NCBI GenBank assembly: GCA_963521035.1
Contig: CAUQTL010000001.1
Span: forward strand, 25,063 to 89,062
From: an uncultured Streptococcus sp.
GTDB taxonomy: Bacteria; Bacillota; Bacilli; Lactobacillales; Streptococcaceae
Direction of reading: 5' to 3'
DNA length: 64,000 nucleotides
A model generated the notes under the pieces. That model had not been told where the DNA came from. It worked only from the letters and a program-made list of their open reading frames with translations, and ran no database searches. The position numbers were made by a program, and so were the translations under genes. Below are positions 1 to 12,136 of the stretch, piece after piece. How positions within the stretch are numbered: the stretch's first letter is position 1; each line of letters opens with the position of its first letter.

Positions 1-2
1 TA

Positions 3-173
3 AATCAGATCATTCAACATTATAGGTTGCCAATAGTTGTTCCAGTAGATGAGGCTATTTCCTTAGCTGAAAAGGTTATACGAGAAAACAGGGAAGCGGT
101 ATCTAAACGTATCATAGAGCAGTATGAAGAGCCTACATTAAAGGAAAAAATAAAATTTATGACAAGATATTAG
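3..173 (+). CDS. 3' end of an unidentified gene truncated by the window edge
   Basis: Open frame from base 3 to TAG at 171-173, directly upstream of the ABC ATPase RBS (AGGAG). Confidence 0.55.
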   Translation, partial: NQIIQHYRLPIVVPVDEAISLAEKVIRENREAVSKRIIEQYEEPTLKEKIKFMTRY

Positions 174-181
174 GAGTATGT

Positions 182-859
182 ATGATTCAGTTTCAAAATG
201 TTAGTAAGATTTATAAGGTGGGGGAGCAAGAAGTTCGTGCTTTAGATCAAGTTAGTTTTTCCATTGAGAAAGGGAAATTTACAGTTATTTTAGGTCCATC
301 AGGTTCAGGGAAAAGTACGTTACTAAATTTACTTGGTGGGATGGATCGTGCGACATCGGGAACCTTTATATTTGATGAGGAACTAGTAACAAAATTTACA
401 GACAAGGAATTATCTGCTTATCGAAAAGATAAAATTGGTTTTGTTTTTCAATTTTATAACTTAGTTCCAAGTTTAACAGCCAAGGAGAATATAGGTATTG
501 CAGCAAATTTAGTGAAAAACAATAAAGAAATTGATATGTATTTAGATCAAGTTGGTTTACTTCATAGAAAAAATAATTTTCCTAATCAACTTTCTGGAGG
601 TGAAATGCAACGTGTATCAATTGCAAGGGCATTGGCTAAAGAGCCTAGTCTATTATTGTGTGATGAACCTACAGGAGCGTTAGATTCAAAGACAGGCGAT
701 AGTATTTTAACTTTATTGAAGGAAGTTTCTAGAAATGGGAATGCTGCAGTTGTAATGGTTACACACAATAGAGAGTTTGCTAAATTTGCAGATCGAGTTA
801 TATATTTGAAAGATGGAAGTATTGAAAAAATAGAGAATAATGAAGAGGTGTTGGGATGA
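182..859 (+). CDS. ABC exporter ATP-binding protein (LolD/MacB-like)
   Basis: Walker A GPSGSGKST, LSGGE signature, LLLCDEPTGALD Walker B/D-loop. Confidence 0.93.
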   Translation: MIQFQNVSKIYKVGEQEVRALDQVSFSIEKGKFTVILGPSGSGKSTLLNLLGGMDRATSGTFIFDEELVTKFTDKELSAYRKDKIGFVFQFYNLVPSLTAKENIGIAANLVKNNKEIDMYLDQVGLLHRKNNFPNQLSGGEMQRVSIARALAKEPSLLLCDEPTGALDSKTGDSILTLLKEVSRNGNAAVVMVTHNREFAKFADRVIYLKDGSIEKIENNEEVLG

Positions 860-3123
860 GGTATCTTCATATAAAATTATTAAGAGATCTCCGGCAAAAT
901 TGGCAACAATTTTTCTCTGTTTTTCTGATGTCTCTATTAAGTGTATTAATCTTTGTAGGTCTACAAGGAGCTTGGCATGGACTTGAAAAGAGTCTAGAGA
1001 GTTATTTGAAACAATCTGAACTTCCTGTTGTTTGGGTTCAAGCGAGACAGATTGCTGAATCAAAAATCAAGCAGGTTGAACAATTATCTTCTGTTGAAAA
1101 AGTTGTCAGTAAAAAGAAAGGCTTTGCTAATATTGTTCGTTTAGACAAGACTGACGGACGAATCAATCTTGAAACGATTACAGATAATCAACTGGTTACA
1201 GTAACAGAAGGAAGTCCTTTTTCTGAGGGAAAACAAGATTCGATTTGGATTGATGGGAATTATGCGAAGAAGAATCATTTACAGATTGGAGATTCAATTT
1301 CTATTTCATCAAGGGGGAAACAGATAGATTTAGAAATTGTAGGATTTGTTCAGGCAACAGATAAGATTTATTTTACAGGTAGTATGGAATATATAGCTCC
1401 AAATCCTGACAATGATGCCTATGGTTATATTGCAGATAATGAAATTGCAAAAGGAATTCTGGGTTTATCGTCAGATAATGCCTTAGAAATTTATGGCTCT
1501 AAGATAGATTTGCGAGGAGATTTAGAGTCTATTTTTGGGGGCGATTTAGTTTCTTATCAAGATCAAAAAAGTTTAACTGAAATATCAGAAGCTACCGATC
1601 GAGTTGGGCAAATTAGAAACTTATCTTACTTATTTTCTTTTATCTTTATTTTGTTAGCTATTTTGGCTATGTTTACAACTATTCAGCGTTTGATTGATGG
1701 CCAAACAAAAGAGATTGCTGTATTAAAGGCTTTAGGTTTTTCAAATCAGGCTATCAGTTTACATTATATTTTATTTGGCTTAGTAGTGAGTTTATTAGGA
1801 AGTTTCACAGGATTTACTATATCTCCCTTGATGTCATGGTTTGTACTAGAAACTCAAAAGTCAATGTTTACACTTCCAAATTGGCAAATCTCTTATTCAT
1901 CTTCATCAATAGTCGTTGGTATTGTAGTCATTATTATTTGTATTTTAGCTGCCTATTTAGCTTCTAGAGAGTCAGCTAGAGGCTTACCAGCAATATTTTT
2001 AAGAGGTAAAGAAAAAGTTGCTAAATCTGTCTTTGTGGAAAGATTTTCCTCTATCTGGCAACGGATTTCTTATCCTTCAAGATGGGCAATTCGGGATGCC
2101 TCGTTTAATCGTATTCGAGTTTTGATGGGAATCGTGGGAGTTGCAGGAAGTATGATGTTACTGATTGCTGGAATTGGTATGCCTGTGTCCATGAATCATC
2201 TTGTTGATAAGGCATATAATGAAGATTTTTCTTATTCAAAACGACTGACCGTAGCGGATTATACCACTTCTAAGTCCAGATATGGTGGGCAAGGTGTACA
2301 AATTTCACAAGCACATTTTAATCCAGATGATGGTTACAATCGTTTATTGATTATATTTGATGATGGAGATATGATTCAAGCAAAAACAGAGAGTGCTGAT
2401 TCTTTGAAAGATGATGGTTTGTATGTAACTAGATCATTTGCCCATTTAGCAGGTATTAAAGTCGGAGATTTTTTAAATGTGACTCCCTATCAAGATGGTC
2501 ATACTTACAAGTTTGAAGTAAAAGGGATTGTCACAAGTGAAACCAATCAAGGGGCTTATCTTCATGCTAGAGTCTTTGAAAAATCAGGGGGAGATTTTAC
2601 TCCACATACTTTATTAGTTGGGCCGGAGGTGGACGAAGATACTATTAAGCAAGACAAAGGTGTTCTATCTGTCATTGAAAAAGGGAGCCAAGAAAAAAAT
2701 GCCTATGATTTTGTATCTAGTTTGATGAGTGTATTTCTAATGATTATTGGCTTTGCCTTATTACTTGTTATTATTGTTCTCTATAATCTGGGCTCTTTAA
2801 ACTTTGTAGAGAGAATGAGAGACTATGCTACATTACAAGTATTAGGATTTTCTAATCAATATCTACAGATGGTAACTCTTTTTGAGACTATACTAACTAC
2901 CTTTATTGGTTGGCTAGTAGGAATTCCTTTAGGCATATGGTTTTTGAAAGAATATGTAGCAACATTTTCGACGATTCGAATTGAGTATACCGCTTATATC
3001 AGTATGTATGTCCTTGCTTCTGCTACGTTATTGGTTTGGTTTACATCTTTAGGGACTGCTTATTTTATTAGTCTTCGTATGAGAAAGATTGACATGATTA
3101 GTGCTCTAAAGGGGGTAGACTAG
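856..3123 (+). CDS. ABC exporter permease (two FtsX-like domains)
   Basis: Overlaps ATPase stop; repeated EIAVLKALGFS / DYATLQVLGFS motifs; two transmembrane bundles. Confidence 0.88.
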   Translation: MRYLHIKLLRDLRQNWQQFFSVFLMSLLSVLIFVGLQGAWHGLEKSLESYLKQSELPVVWVQARQIAESKIKQVEQLSSVEKVVSKKKGFANIVRLDKTDGRINLETITDNQLVTVTEGSPFSEGKQDSIWIDGNYAKKNHLQIGDSISISSRGKQIDLEIVGFVQATDKIYFTGSMEYIAPNPDNDAYGYIADNEIAKGILGLSSDNALEIYGSKIDLRGDLESIFGGDLVSYQDQKSLTEISEATDRVGQIRNLSYLFSFIFILLAILAMFTTIQRLIDGQTKEIAVLKALGFSNQAISLHYILFGLVVSLLGSFTGFTISPLMSWFVLETQKSMFTLPNWQISYSSSSIVVGIVVIIICILAAYLASRESARGLPAIFLRGKEKVAKSVFVERFSSIWQRISYPSRWAIRDASFNRIRVLMGIVGVAGSMMLLIAGIGMPVSMNHLVDKAYNEDFSYSKRLTVADYTTSKSRYGGQGVQISQAHFNPDDGYNRLLIIFDDGDMIQAKTESADSLKDDGLYVTRSFAHLAGIKVGDFLNVTPYQDGHTYKFEVKGIVTSETNQGAYLHARVFEKSGGDFTPHTLLVGPEVDEDTIKQDKGVLSVIEKGSQEKNAYDFVSSLMSVFLMIIGFALLLVIIVLYNLGSLNFVERMRDYATLQVLGFSNQYLQMVTLFETILTTFIGWLVGIPLGIWFLKEYVATFSTIRIEYTAYISMYVLASATLLVWFTSLGTAYFISLRMRKIDMISALKGVD

Positions 3124-3181
3124 TATAGTCAGTTCTGAGTGAATTTATAGACATTTATGAATAATTGTTAATCATCAGTTC

Positions 3182-3380
3182 TAATACTCAATGAAAATCA
3201 AAGAGCAAACTAGGAAGCTAGCCGTGGGCTGCTCAAAGCACTGCTTTGAGGTTGTAGATAGAACTGACGAAGTCAGCTCAAAACACTGTTTTGAGGTTGT
3301 GGATAGAACTGACGAAGTCAGTAACCATACCTACGGTAAGGCGATGCTGACGTGGTTTGAAGAGATTTTCGAAGAGTATA
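3182..3380 (+). repeat. BOX element (boxA-boxB2-boxC)
   Basis: Starts TAATACTCAATGAAAATCAAAGAGCAAACTAGGAAG, two 45-bp boxB copies, ends GAGATTTTCGAAGAGTATA. Confidence 0.93.
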
Positions 3381-3431
3381 AGGTCTAAATTTACCTATTT
3401 GTGTTTCGGTTCACTGCATTACTGCATTCAA

Positions 3432-3468
3432 AATCCGTCAGCTCAATAAGAGTTGACGGATTATTTTA
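3432..3468. terminator. Intrinsic terminator between convergent genes
   Basis: AATCCGTCAGCTC-aataa-GAGTTGACGGATT hairpin with A/T flanks. Confidence 0.7.
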
Positions 3469-3471
3469 TAC

Positions 3472-4017
3472 TTATACTTGGGTTAAAAATTCTTCTGTAG
3501 TAAGAATTTGAGCAAACTCATCTTGTAGAGAAAGGAGATTAATCTCATGGATAGTCTCAGGAGAGATGGCCTGACCGTTTTTGTTAGATAGGGTAAAACT
3601 GGCAGTGGCATCTGCTAGTAAAGTGACTTTAAAATCAAGATTTGCTGCCATTCGTGTCGTAGTAGATACACAATGAGGCAGGGTCAAACCAACAACGACT
3701 AAATGACAAATCTGATTTTTTCGTAAATATGTTTCAAGATTTGTTCCAATGAAGGCGCTATTAACCGTTTTTTGAAAGATAGGTTCTGAGGTGACTGGTT
3801 CAAATCCACTTTTAAACTCCTGATTTTGTTTGTTATGAAATTGCGACTGGGGATTGTCAGATATGTGTTGAACATGTAAGATTGGAAGAGCGTGTTTACG
3901 AAAGTATGCCAGTACCCTCAATGCTTGTTGTTCAGCTTGAGGGTTGTTCCGTTCTCCCCAGATAGGGTTATCAAATGCTTTTTGCATATCGATAACAAGT
4001 AGAGCAGTATGAACCAT
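3472..4017 (-). CDS. Isochorismatase-like cysteine hydrolase
   Basis: ALLVIDMQ, K-TVNSAF and HCVSTT motifs; start trimmed to the ATG just after the dusB stop. Confidence 0.88.
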   Translation of the reverse strand: MVHTALLVIDMQKAFDNPIWGERNNPQAEQQALRVLAYFRKHALPILHVQHISDNPQSQFHNKQNQEFKSGFEPVTSEPIFQKTVNSAFIGTNLETYLRKNQICHLVVVGLTLPHCVSTTTRMAANLDFKVTLLADATASFTLSNKNGQAISPETIHEINLLSLQDEFAQILTTEEFLTQV

Positions 4018-4018
4018 T

Positions 4019-4999
4019 TTAAGCCTTATCCAATTGCAAGAGAGCTTCAATCTCTGCTAGGGTGCTAGCTTGTGAAATAGCTCCACGAAGTTTGGCAGCG
4101 CCAGATGTTCCACGGAGGTAGTGAGGAGCGAGGCCACGGAATTCACGAACTGCGACATTTTCCCCTTTGAGGTTAATCAAGCGTTTCAAGTGTTCGTAGG
4201 CAATTTTCATCTTGTCTTCAAAGGTCAAATCAGGTAGAATTTCTCCTGTTTCAAAGTAGTGGTTGATTTGGTTGAAGAGGTAAGGATTTCCCATGGCAGC
4301 TCGGCCAATCATAACTGCATCAGCACCGACTTCTTCGATGCGTTGCTTGGCTTCTTGAACTGTACGGATGTCACCGTTGGCGATAAATGGAATCTTGGTC
4401 AAAGCTTGAGCGACCTTGTGAAGGGTCTCAAGGTCTGCGTGACCTGTATACATTTGCTCACGGGTGCGGCCATGCATGGCGAGGGCAGAAACACCTGCAG
4501 CTTCAGCAGCGAGGGCATTTTCTACTGCCAGAGATGGATCGGCCCAGCCGGTACGCATTTTGACAGTAAGTGGGATATCAAGGACAGATTGGACCTTGTT
4601 GATGATAGAGTAAATCTTATCTGGATCCTTGAGCCACATAGCGCCAGCTTCGTTCTTCACGATTTTGTTAACTGGGCAGCCCATGTTGATATCGACTATA
4701 TCGGTCTTGGTATTTTCTTGGATGAATTCTGCTGCGCGCGCTAGGCTGTCTTCATCACTACCAAAAAGTTGGATAGAAACAGGGTTTTCACCTTCATCGA
4801 TATGAAGCATGTGCAGGGTTTTTTCATTGTTGTATTGGATTCCCTTGTCAGAGACCATTTCCATTACAACGAGTCCAGCTCCAAGCTCTTTTGCGATAGT
4901 ACGAAAGGCTGAGTTGGTCACGCCAGCCATGGGTGCTAAAACGGTACGATTGGGAATCTCAACATTGCCAATCATAAAAGGTGTATTAAGATTTGTCAC
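4019..4999 (-). CDS. dusB: tRNA-dihydrouridine synthase B
   Basis: [20 protein letters not shown] motifs; GTG start with GGAGGA RBS. Confidence 0.93.
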   Translation of the reverse strand: MTNLNTPFMIGNVEIPNRTVLAPMAGVTNSAFRTIAKELGAGLVVMEMVSDKGIQYNNEKTLHMLHIDEGENPVSIQLFGSDEDSLARAAEFIQENTKTDIVDINMGCPVNKIVKNEAGAMWLKDPDKIYSIINKVQSVLDIPLTVKMRTGWADPSLAVENALAAEAAGVSALAMHGRTREQMYTGHADLETLHKVAQALTKIPFIANGDIRTVQEAKQRIEEVGADAVMIGRAAMGNPYLFNQINHYFETGEILPDLTFEDKMKIAYEHLKRLINLKGENVAVREFRGLAPHYLRGTSGAAKLRGAISQASTLAEIEALLQLDKA

Positions 5000-5858
5000 G
5001 AATGAGTTCCTCCAGGTCGTTTTCATCAAAGTTGTAAGTAGTTTGGCAGAATTGACAAGTGATTTCTGCTCCGTGGTCTTCCTCTTTCATTTCCTGTAAG
5101 TCTGAGCTTGGAAGGCTAGCAAGAGCGTTCATAAAGCGCTCATGGCTACAGTCACATTGGAAACGGATTTCTTCTTCGGAAAGACGCTTGTAGGCCTCGT
5201 CACCGTAGATTGCTTTGAGGAGGGCTTCGATATGGTCTTCACTTTCGAGAAGAGTTGAGATAGCTGGCATTTCTTGGATGCGTTTTTCAAAGCGAGCAAT
5301 CTCTTCTTCCTTGGCTCCTGGCAAGACTTGGACTAGGAAACCACCTGCAACCTTGACCTTATCTTCTTCGTCTAAAAGGACATTGAGACCGACTGCTGAA
5401 GGAGTCTGTTGGCTTTCAGTCAGGTAAAAGGCAAGGTCTTCACCGATTTCCCCAGAAATGAGGGGAGTCATAGAGTTGTAAGGATTTCCAGTACCGTAGT
5501 CTGTGATAACGAGGAATTGACCATTTCCAACAAAAGGTCCGACTAGAACTTCACCAGTTGCAGTCTTTTTGATATCGACACCGGGATTTTGAACGTAGCC
5601 TTTGACGTTCCCCTTGGTGTCAGCGACGGTGATGATAGCACCGAGAGAGCTCGTTCCAAGAACTTTAACTGTTAGTTTAGTATTTCCTTTTTCATTGGCT
5701 GCGAGAATCTGGCTAGCGATAAGAGTTCGACCAAGCGCTACAGTTGAGCTAGCTTGGGTTTGGTGTTTTTCTTGAGCAGTGCGGACTGTTTCTGTGCTAT
5801 CAAGGACAAAAGCACGAAAGGCTCCGCTTTCTGATATAGTTTTAATAATTTTATCCAT
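4986..5858 (-). CDS. hslO: Hsp33 redox-regulated chaperone
   Basis: CDCS...CQFC zinc motif, ALGRTL, GGFLVQ; start trimmed to MDKIIK. Confidence 0.93.
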   Translation of the reverse strand: MDKIIKTISESGAFRAFVLDSTETVRTAQEKHQTQASSTVALGRTLIASQILAANEKGNTKLTVKVLGTSSLGAIITVADTKGNVKGYVQNPGVDIKKTATGEVLVGPFVGNGQFLVITDYGTGNPYNSMTPLISGEIGEDLAFYLTESQQTPSAVGLNVLLDEEDKVKVAGGFLVQVLPGAKEEEIARFEKRIQEMPAISTLLESEDHIEALLKAIYGDEAYKRLSEEEIRFQCDCSHERFMNALASLPSSDLQEMKEEDHGAEITCQFCQTTYNFDENDLEELIRDKS

Positions 5859-6022
5859 AGCTACTATTTTAGCATAAAAATGCCCAAAGGGGGAGCCGTG
5901 TGTTTGCTGATTTTTAGGATAATGGGCCGGGAAATCAGCATGAAAATAAAAAGAGAAACAGATTATTTCAGCATTTGTAAGATTTATGCTATGCTTAAGG
6001 TAGAAAATGAAAGGGGTAACAA

Positions 6023-7450
6023 ATGTATTTAGGAGATTTGATGGAAAAGGCAGAATCTGGCCAATTTTCAATCCTTTCCTTTCTATTACAAGAGTCTCAG
6101 ACGACCGTCAAGGCTGTAATGGAGGAAACAGGATTTTCAAAAGCAACTCTAACCAAATATGTCACCCTGCTCAATGACAAGGCTTTGGACAGTGGCTTAG
6201 AGCTGACTATCTCCTTAGAAGATGAAAATCTGCGCCTGTCAATCGGTGCAGCTACCAAGGGGAGAGATATCCGAAGCCTATTTTTAGAAAATGCTGTTAA
6301 ATACCAGATTTTGATCTATCTTCTCTACCACCAACAGTTTTTAGCCCATCAGCTGGCTCAAGAATTGATGATTAGTGAGGCTACACTTGGTCGCCACTTA
6401 GCTAGTTTAAATCATATTTTGTCAGAATTTGATTTATCCATCCAAAATGGACGTTGGCGAGGTCCAGAGCATCAGATTCGCTATTTCTATTTCTGTCTTT
6501 TTCGCAAGGTCTGGTCAAGTCAGGAGTGGGAAGGTCACATGCAGAAACCAGAGAGAAAACAGGAGATTGCTACACTAGAAGAAATCTGCGGTGCAAGTTT
6601 GTCTGCGGGGCAGAAATTGGACTTGGTTCTCTGGGCTCATATCAGTCAACAGCGTCTTCGGGTCAATGCCTGTCAGTTCCAAGTGATAGAAGAGAAAATG
6701 CGAGGCTATTTTGACAATATTTTCTACCTTCGTTTGCATCGAAAGGCTCCGTCCTTTTTTGCTGGACAACACCTTCCTCTAGGAACTGAGGATGGTGAGA
6801 TGATGATATTCTTCTCTTTCCTCCTATCTCATCGCATTCTTCCCCTTCATACTATGGAGTATATCCTTGGTTTTGGAGGACAGTTGGCAGATTTACTGAC
6901 GCAATTGATTCAAGAAATGAAGAAGGAGGAGTTGCTGGGGGATTATACAGAGGACCATGTCACCTATGAACTTAGTCAGCTTTGTGCTCAAGTCTATCTC
7001 TATAAGGGCTATATTTTACAGGATCGCTACAAGTACCAGTTAGAGAATCGTCATCCTTATTTGCTGATGGAACATGATTTTAAAGAGACAGCAGAAGAGA
7101 TTTTTCATGCTTTATCTGCCTTTCATCAGGGAACGGATTTGGATAAGAAAATTCTCTGGGAATGGCTCCAGTTGATGGAATATATGGCTGAAAATGGTGG
7201 TCAGCATATGCGGATTGGTCTGGATTTGACATCTGGTTTTCTTGTCTTTTCAAGGATGGCAGCCATTTTGAAACGATATTTGGAATACAATCGTTTTATT
7301 ACCATTGAAGCCTATGACCGAACTCGACATTATGATTTGCTGGTTACCAATAACCCGATTCATAAGAAGGAACAAGCACCAGTCTATTATTTAAAAAATG
7401 ACTTGGATATGGAAGATTTGGCGGCTATTCGTCAGTTATTATTCACTTAA
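6023..7450 (+). CDS. Mga-like HTH transcriptional regulator
   Basis: Two N-terminal HTH regions ([20 protein letters not shown]) and [10 protein letters not shown] motif typical of the Mga family; upstream of glpK as in pneumococcus. Confidence 0.8.
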   Translation: MYLGDLMEKAESGQFSILSFLLQESQTTVKAVMEETGFSKATLTKYVTLLNDKALDSGLELTISLEDENLRLSIGAATKGRDIRSLFLENAVKYQILIYLLYHQQFLAHQLAQELMISEATLGRHLASLNHILSEFDLSIQNGRWRGPEHQIRYFYFCLFRKVWSSQEWEGHMQKPERKQEIATLEEICGASLSAGQKLDLVLWAHISQQRLRVNACQFQVIEEKMRGYFDNIFYLRLHRKAPSFFAGQHLPLGTEDGEMMIFFSFLLSHRILPLHTMEYILGFGGQLADLLTQLIQEMKKEELLGDYTEDHVTYELSQLCAQVYLYKGYILQDRYKYQLENRHPYLLMEHDFKETAEEIFHALSAFHQGTDLDKKILWEWLQLMEYMAENGGQHMRIGLDLTSGFLVFSRMAAILKRYLEYNRFITIEAYDRTRHYDLLVTNNPIHKKEQAPVYYLKNDLDMEDLAAIRQLLFT

Positions 7451-7524
7451 AAGGCTTGGTCGTTCCAGGTCTTTTTTGTGAAATTCACACAATCTCCTCA
7501 CATTTTTTAAAAAATTAAAAAAAG

Positions 7525-7558
7525 TTGATAAGCAGGAAAGCGCTTTATTTTGTATACT
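7525..7558 (+). promoter_or_regulatory. glp promoter region with CcpA cre site
   Basis: AGGAAAGCGCTTTA cre-like site (7534-7547) upstream of TATACT -10 (7553-7558). Confidence 0.65.
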
Positions 7559-7564
7559 AGTTAG

Positions 7565-9118
<1,554 letters not shown>

Positions 9119-9159
9119 TACTGGAAGAATAAAGCGACTCAGTTAGAAAGTGTGTAAAT

Positions 9160-10986
9160 ATGGAATTTTCAAAGAAAACACGTGAATTATCAATTCAAAA
9201 AATGCAGGAACGTACCTTGGACCTCTTGATTATCGGTGGAGGTATCACTGGTGCTGGTGTAGCCTTGCAGGCGGCAGCTAGTGGTCTAGATACTGGTTTG
9301 ATTGAAATGCAGGACTTCGCAGAAGGAACATCCAGCCGTTCAACAAAATTGGTTCATGGAGGACTACGTTACCTTAAGCAATTTGATGTAGAAGTGGTAT
9401 CAGATACAGTTTCTGAACGTGCAGTGGTTCAACAAATCGCTCCACACATTCCAAAACCAGACCCAATGCTCTTACCAGTTTACGATGAAGATGGAGCTAC
9501 TTTTAGCCTTTTCCGTCTTAAAGTAGCTATGGACTTGTATGACCTTTTGGCAGGAGTTAACAACACACCAGCTGCTAACAAGGTTTTGAGCAAGGAAGAA
9601 GTCTTGGAACGCCAGCCAAACTTGAAGAAAGAAGGTTTGGTAGGAGGTGGAGTCTATCTTGACTTCCGTAACAACGATGCGCGTCTCGTGATCGAAAACA
9701 TCAAACGTGCCAACCAAGACGGTGCCCTTATTGCCAACCACGTGAAGGCAGAAGGTTTCCTCTTTGACGAAAGTGGCAAGATTACAGGTGTTGTAGCTCG
9801 TGATTTGTTGACAGACCAAGTCTTTGAAATCAAGGCCCGTCTGGTGATTAACACAACAGGTCCTTGGAGCGATAAGGTACGCAATTTGTCTAATATGGGA
9901 ACCCAATTCTCACAAATGCGTCCAACTAAGGGAGTTCACCTAGTCGTGGATTCAAGCAAGATCAAGGTTTCACAGCCAGTTTACTTTGACACAGGTTTGG
10001 GTGACGGCCGTATGGTCTTTGTTCTCCCACGTGAAAACAAGACTTACTTTGGGACAACTGATACAGACTACACAGGTGATTTGGAACATCCAAAAGTGAC
10101 GCAGGAAGATGTAGATTACCTACTTGGTATTGTCAACAACCGCTTCCCAGAAGCTAACATTACCATTGATGATATCGAAAGTAGCTGGGCAGGTCTTCGT
10201 CCATTGATCGCAGGCAATAGTGCTTCTGACTACAATGGAGGAAATAACGGAACCATCAGTGATGAAAGCTTTAACAACTTGATTGCGACTGTTGAGTCTT
10301 ACCTCTCTAAAGAAAAAACTCGTGAAGATGTAGAGGCTGCTGTCAGCAAGCTTGAAAGCAGTACCTCTGAGAAACATTTGGACCCATCTGCAGTTTCACG
10401 TGGTTCGAGCTTGGACCGAGATGATAATGGTCTCTTGACCCTTGCTGGTGGTAAAATCACAGACTATCGTAAGATGGCTGAAGGAGCTATGGAGCGCGTG
10501 GTTGACATCCTCAAAGCAGAATTTGACCGTAGCTTTAAACTCATCAATTCTAAGACTTACCCTGTTTCAGGTGGGGAATTGAACCCAGCAAATGTGGACT
10601 CAGAAATCGAAGCCTTTGCGCAACTTGGAGTGTCACGTGGTTTGGATAGCAAGGAAGCTCATTACCTAGCAAATCTTTACGGTTCAAATGCACCGAAGGT
10701 CTTTGCTCTTGCTCATAGTTTGGAACAAGCACCAGGACTCAGCTTGGCAGACACCTTGTCCCTTCACTATGCAATGCGCAATGAGTTGGCTCTTAGCCCA
10801 GTTGACTTCCTTCTTCGTCGTACCAACCACATGCTCTTTATGCGTGATAGCTTGGATAGCATCGTTGAGCCAGTTTTGGATGAAATGGGACGATTCTATG
10901 ATTGGTCAGAAGAAGAAAAAGCAGGCTACCGTGCGGATGTCGAAGCGGCTCTCGCTAACAACGATTTAGCAGAATTAAAAAATTAA
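9160..10986 (+). CDS. glpO: Alpha-glycerophosphate oxidase
   Basis: FAD motif IIGGGITGAG, GTSSRSTKLVHGGLRYL; operon context. Confidence 0.93.
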   Translation: MEFSKKTRELSIQKMQERTLDLLIIGGGITGAGVALQAAASGLDTGLIEMQDFAEGTSSRSTKLVHGGLRYLKQFDVEVVSDTVSERAVVQQIAPHIPKPDPMLLPVYDEDGATFSLFRLKVAMDLYDLLAGVNNTPAANKVLSKEEVLERQPNLKKEGLVGGGVYLDFRNNDARLVIENIKRANQDGALIANHVKAEGFLFDESGKITGVVARDLLTDQVFEIKARLVINTTGPWSDKVRNLSNMGTQFSQMRPTKGVHLVVDSSKIKVSQPVYFDTGLGDGRMVFVLPRENKTYFGTTDTDYTGDLEHPKVTQEDVDYLLGIVNNRFPEANITIDDIESSWAGLRPLIAGNSASDYNGGNNGTISDESFNNLIATVESYLSKEKTREDVEAAVSKLESSTSEKHLDPSAVSRGSSLDRDDNGLLTLAGGKITDYRKMAEGAMERVVDILKAEFDRSFKLINSKTYPVSGGELNPANVDSEIEAFAQLGVSRGLDSKEAHYLANLYGSNAPKVFALAHSLEQAPGLSLADTLSLHYAMRNELALSPVDFLLRRTNHMLFMRDSLDSIVEPVLDEMGRFYDWSEEEKAGYRADVEAALANNDLAELKN

Positions 10987-11055
10987 GAAAAAATAAAAGA
11001 GGTGGAGGGCAGGACTCCTTGCCGCCCGCCCCTTCTTTTTAATGGAGACAGAAAG

Positions 11056-11760
11056 ATGATGAATGAATTATTTGGAGAATTTCTAGGGACTTTAATCCTG
11101 ATTCTTCTAGGAAATGGTGTTGTTGCAGGTGTGGTTCTTCCTAAAACCAAGAGCAACAGCTCAGGTTGGATTGTGATTACCATGGGTTGGGGGATTGCAG
11201 TTGCGGTTGCAGTATTTGTATCTGGCAAGCTCAGTCCAGCTCATTTAAACCCAGCTGTGACTATCGGTGTGGCCTTAAAAGGGGACTTACCTTGGGCATC
11301 AGTATTCCCTTATATATTAGCCCAGTTCGCAGGAGCTATGCTCGGTCAGATTTTGGTTTGGTTGCAATTCAAACCGCATTATGAGGCAGAAGAAAATGCA
11401 GGCAATATCCTGGCAACCTTCAGCACTGGTCCAGCTATCAAGGATACAGTTTCTAACTTGATCAGCGAAATCCTTGGCACCTTTGTATTGGTATTGACAA
11501 TTTTTGCTTTGGGACTTTATGACCTTCAAGCAGGTATCGGAACCTTTGCAGTGGGAACTTTGATTGTCGGTATCGGTCTATCACTAGGTGGGACAACAGG
11601 TTATGCCTTGAACCCTGCACGTGACCTTGGACCTCGTATCATGCACAGTATCCTTCCAATTTCAAACAAGGGAGACGGAGACTGGTCTTATGCCTGGATT
11701 CCTGTTGTGGGACCTGTTATCGGTGCAGCCTTGGCCGTGCTTGTATTCTCACTTTTCTAA
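11056..11760 (+). CDS. glpF: Glycerol uptake facilitator (MIP)
   Basis: Two NPA motifs (HLNPAVT, ALNPARD); start trimmed to ATG after GGAG. Confidence 0.93.
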   Translation: MMNELFGEFLGTLILILLGNGVVAGVVLPKTKSNSSGWIVITMGWGIAVAVAVFVSGKLSPAHLNPAVTIGVALKGDLPWASVFPYILAQFAGAMLGQILVWLQFKPHYEAEENAGNILATFSTGPAIKDTVSNLISEILGTFVLVLTIFALGLYDLQAGIGTFAVGTLIVGIGLSLGGTTGYALNPARDLGPRIMHSILPISNKGDGDWSYAWIPVVGPVIGAALAVLVFSLF

Positions 11761-11984
11761 TCTAGAAAACAATTATGTTGATAGAGCTTGAGATGAAAAT
11801 CTCAGGCTTTTTTAAAAATATACATAGAAAAACCGCATAATTTTAAAATTAGCTTAAATATAATGAAAATCTACGGCAAACAATTGAAAAAATACTATAT
11901 AAAGTGGTACAATGGTAGAAAAATAAGCTAGTAAGAATCACTCTTATTTTAGCTAAAAATTACAGAAATGAATGGTTTTTCTTG

Positions 11985-12116
11985 ATGAAACAGAGAAAAG
12001 AATTGTACCTCTTTCTTGGTCGGACAGCCTTGTATTTTCTTATCTTTCTGGGGCTGCTTTACTTTTTTAGCTATCTTGGTCAGGGTCAAGGAAGCTTTAT
12101 CTATAATGAATTTTAA
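11985..12116 (+). CDS. dltX: DltX small membrane protein (absent from ORF track)
   Basis: 43 aa MKQRKELYLFLGRTALYFLIFLGLLYFFSYLGQGQGSFIYNEF with conserved FIYNEF C-terminus, directly before dltA. Confidence 0.9.
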   Translation: MKQRKELYLFLGRTALYFLIFLGLLYFFSYLGQGQGSFIYNEF

Positions 12117-12136
12117 CTTGAAGGAGAATTCCTATT

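Noticed and set aside
3191..3388. 65-aa ORF
   Set aside because: Translation of a BOX element
5859..6071. N-terminal extension of hslO in the ORF track
   Set aside because: Spans the divergent promoter and overlaps the Mga-like gene; Hsp33 similarity begins at MDKIIK
11842..11858. CiaR box upstream of dltX (TTTAAA-N5-CTTAAA)
   Set aside because: Three mismatches to TTTAAG-N5-TTTAAG in AT-rich DNA; plausible but not supportable by eye
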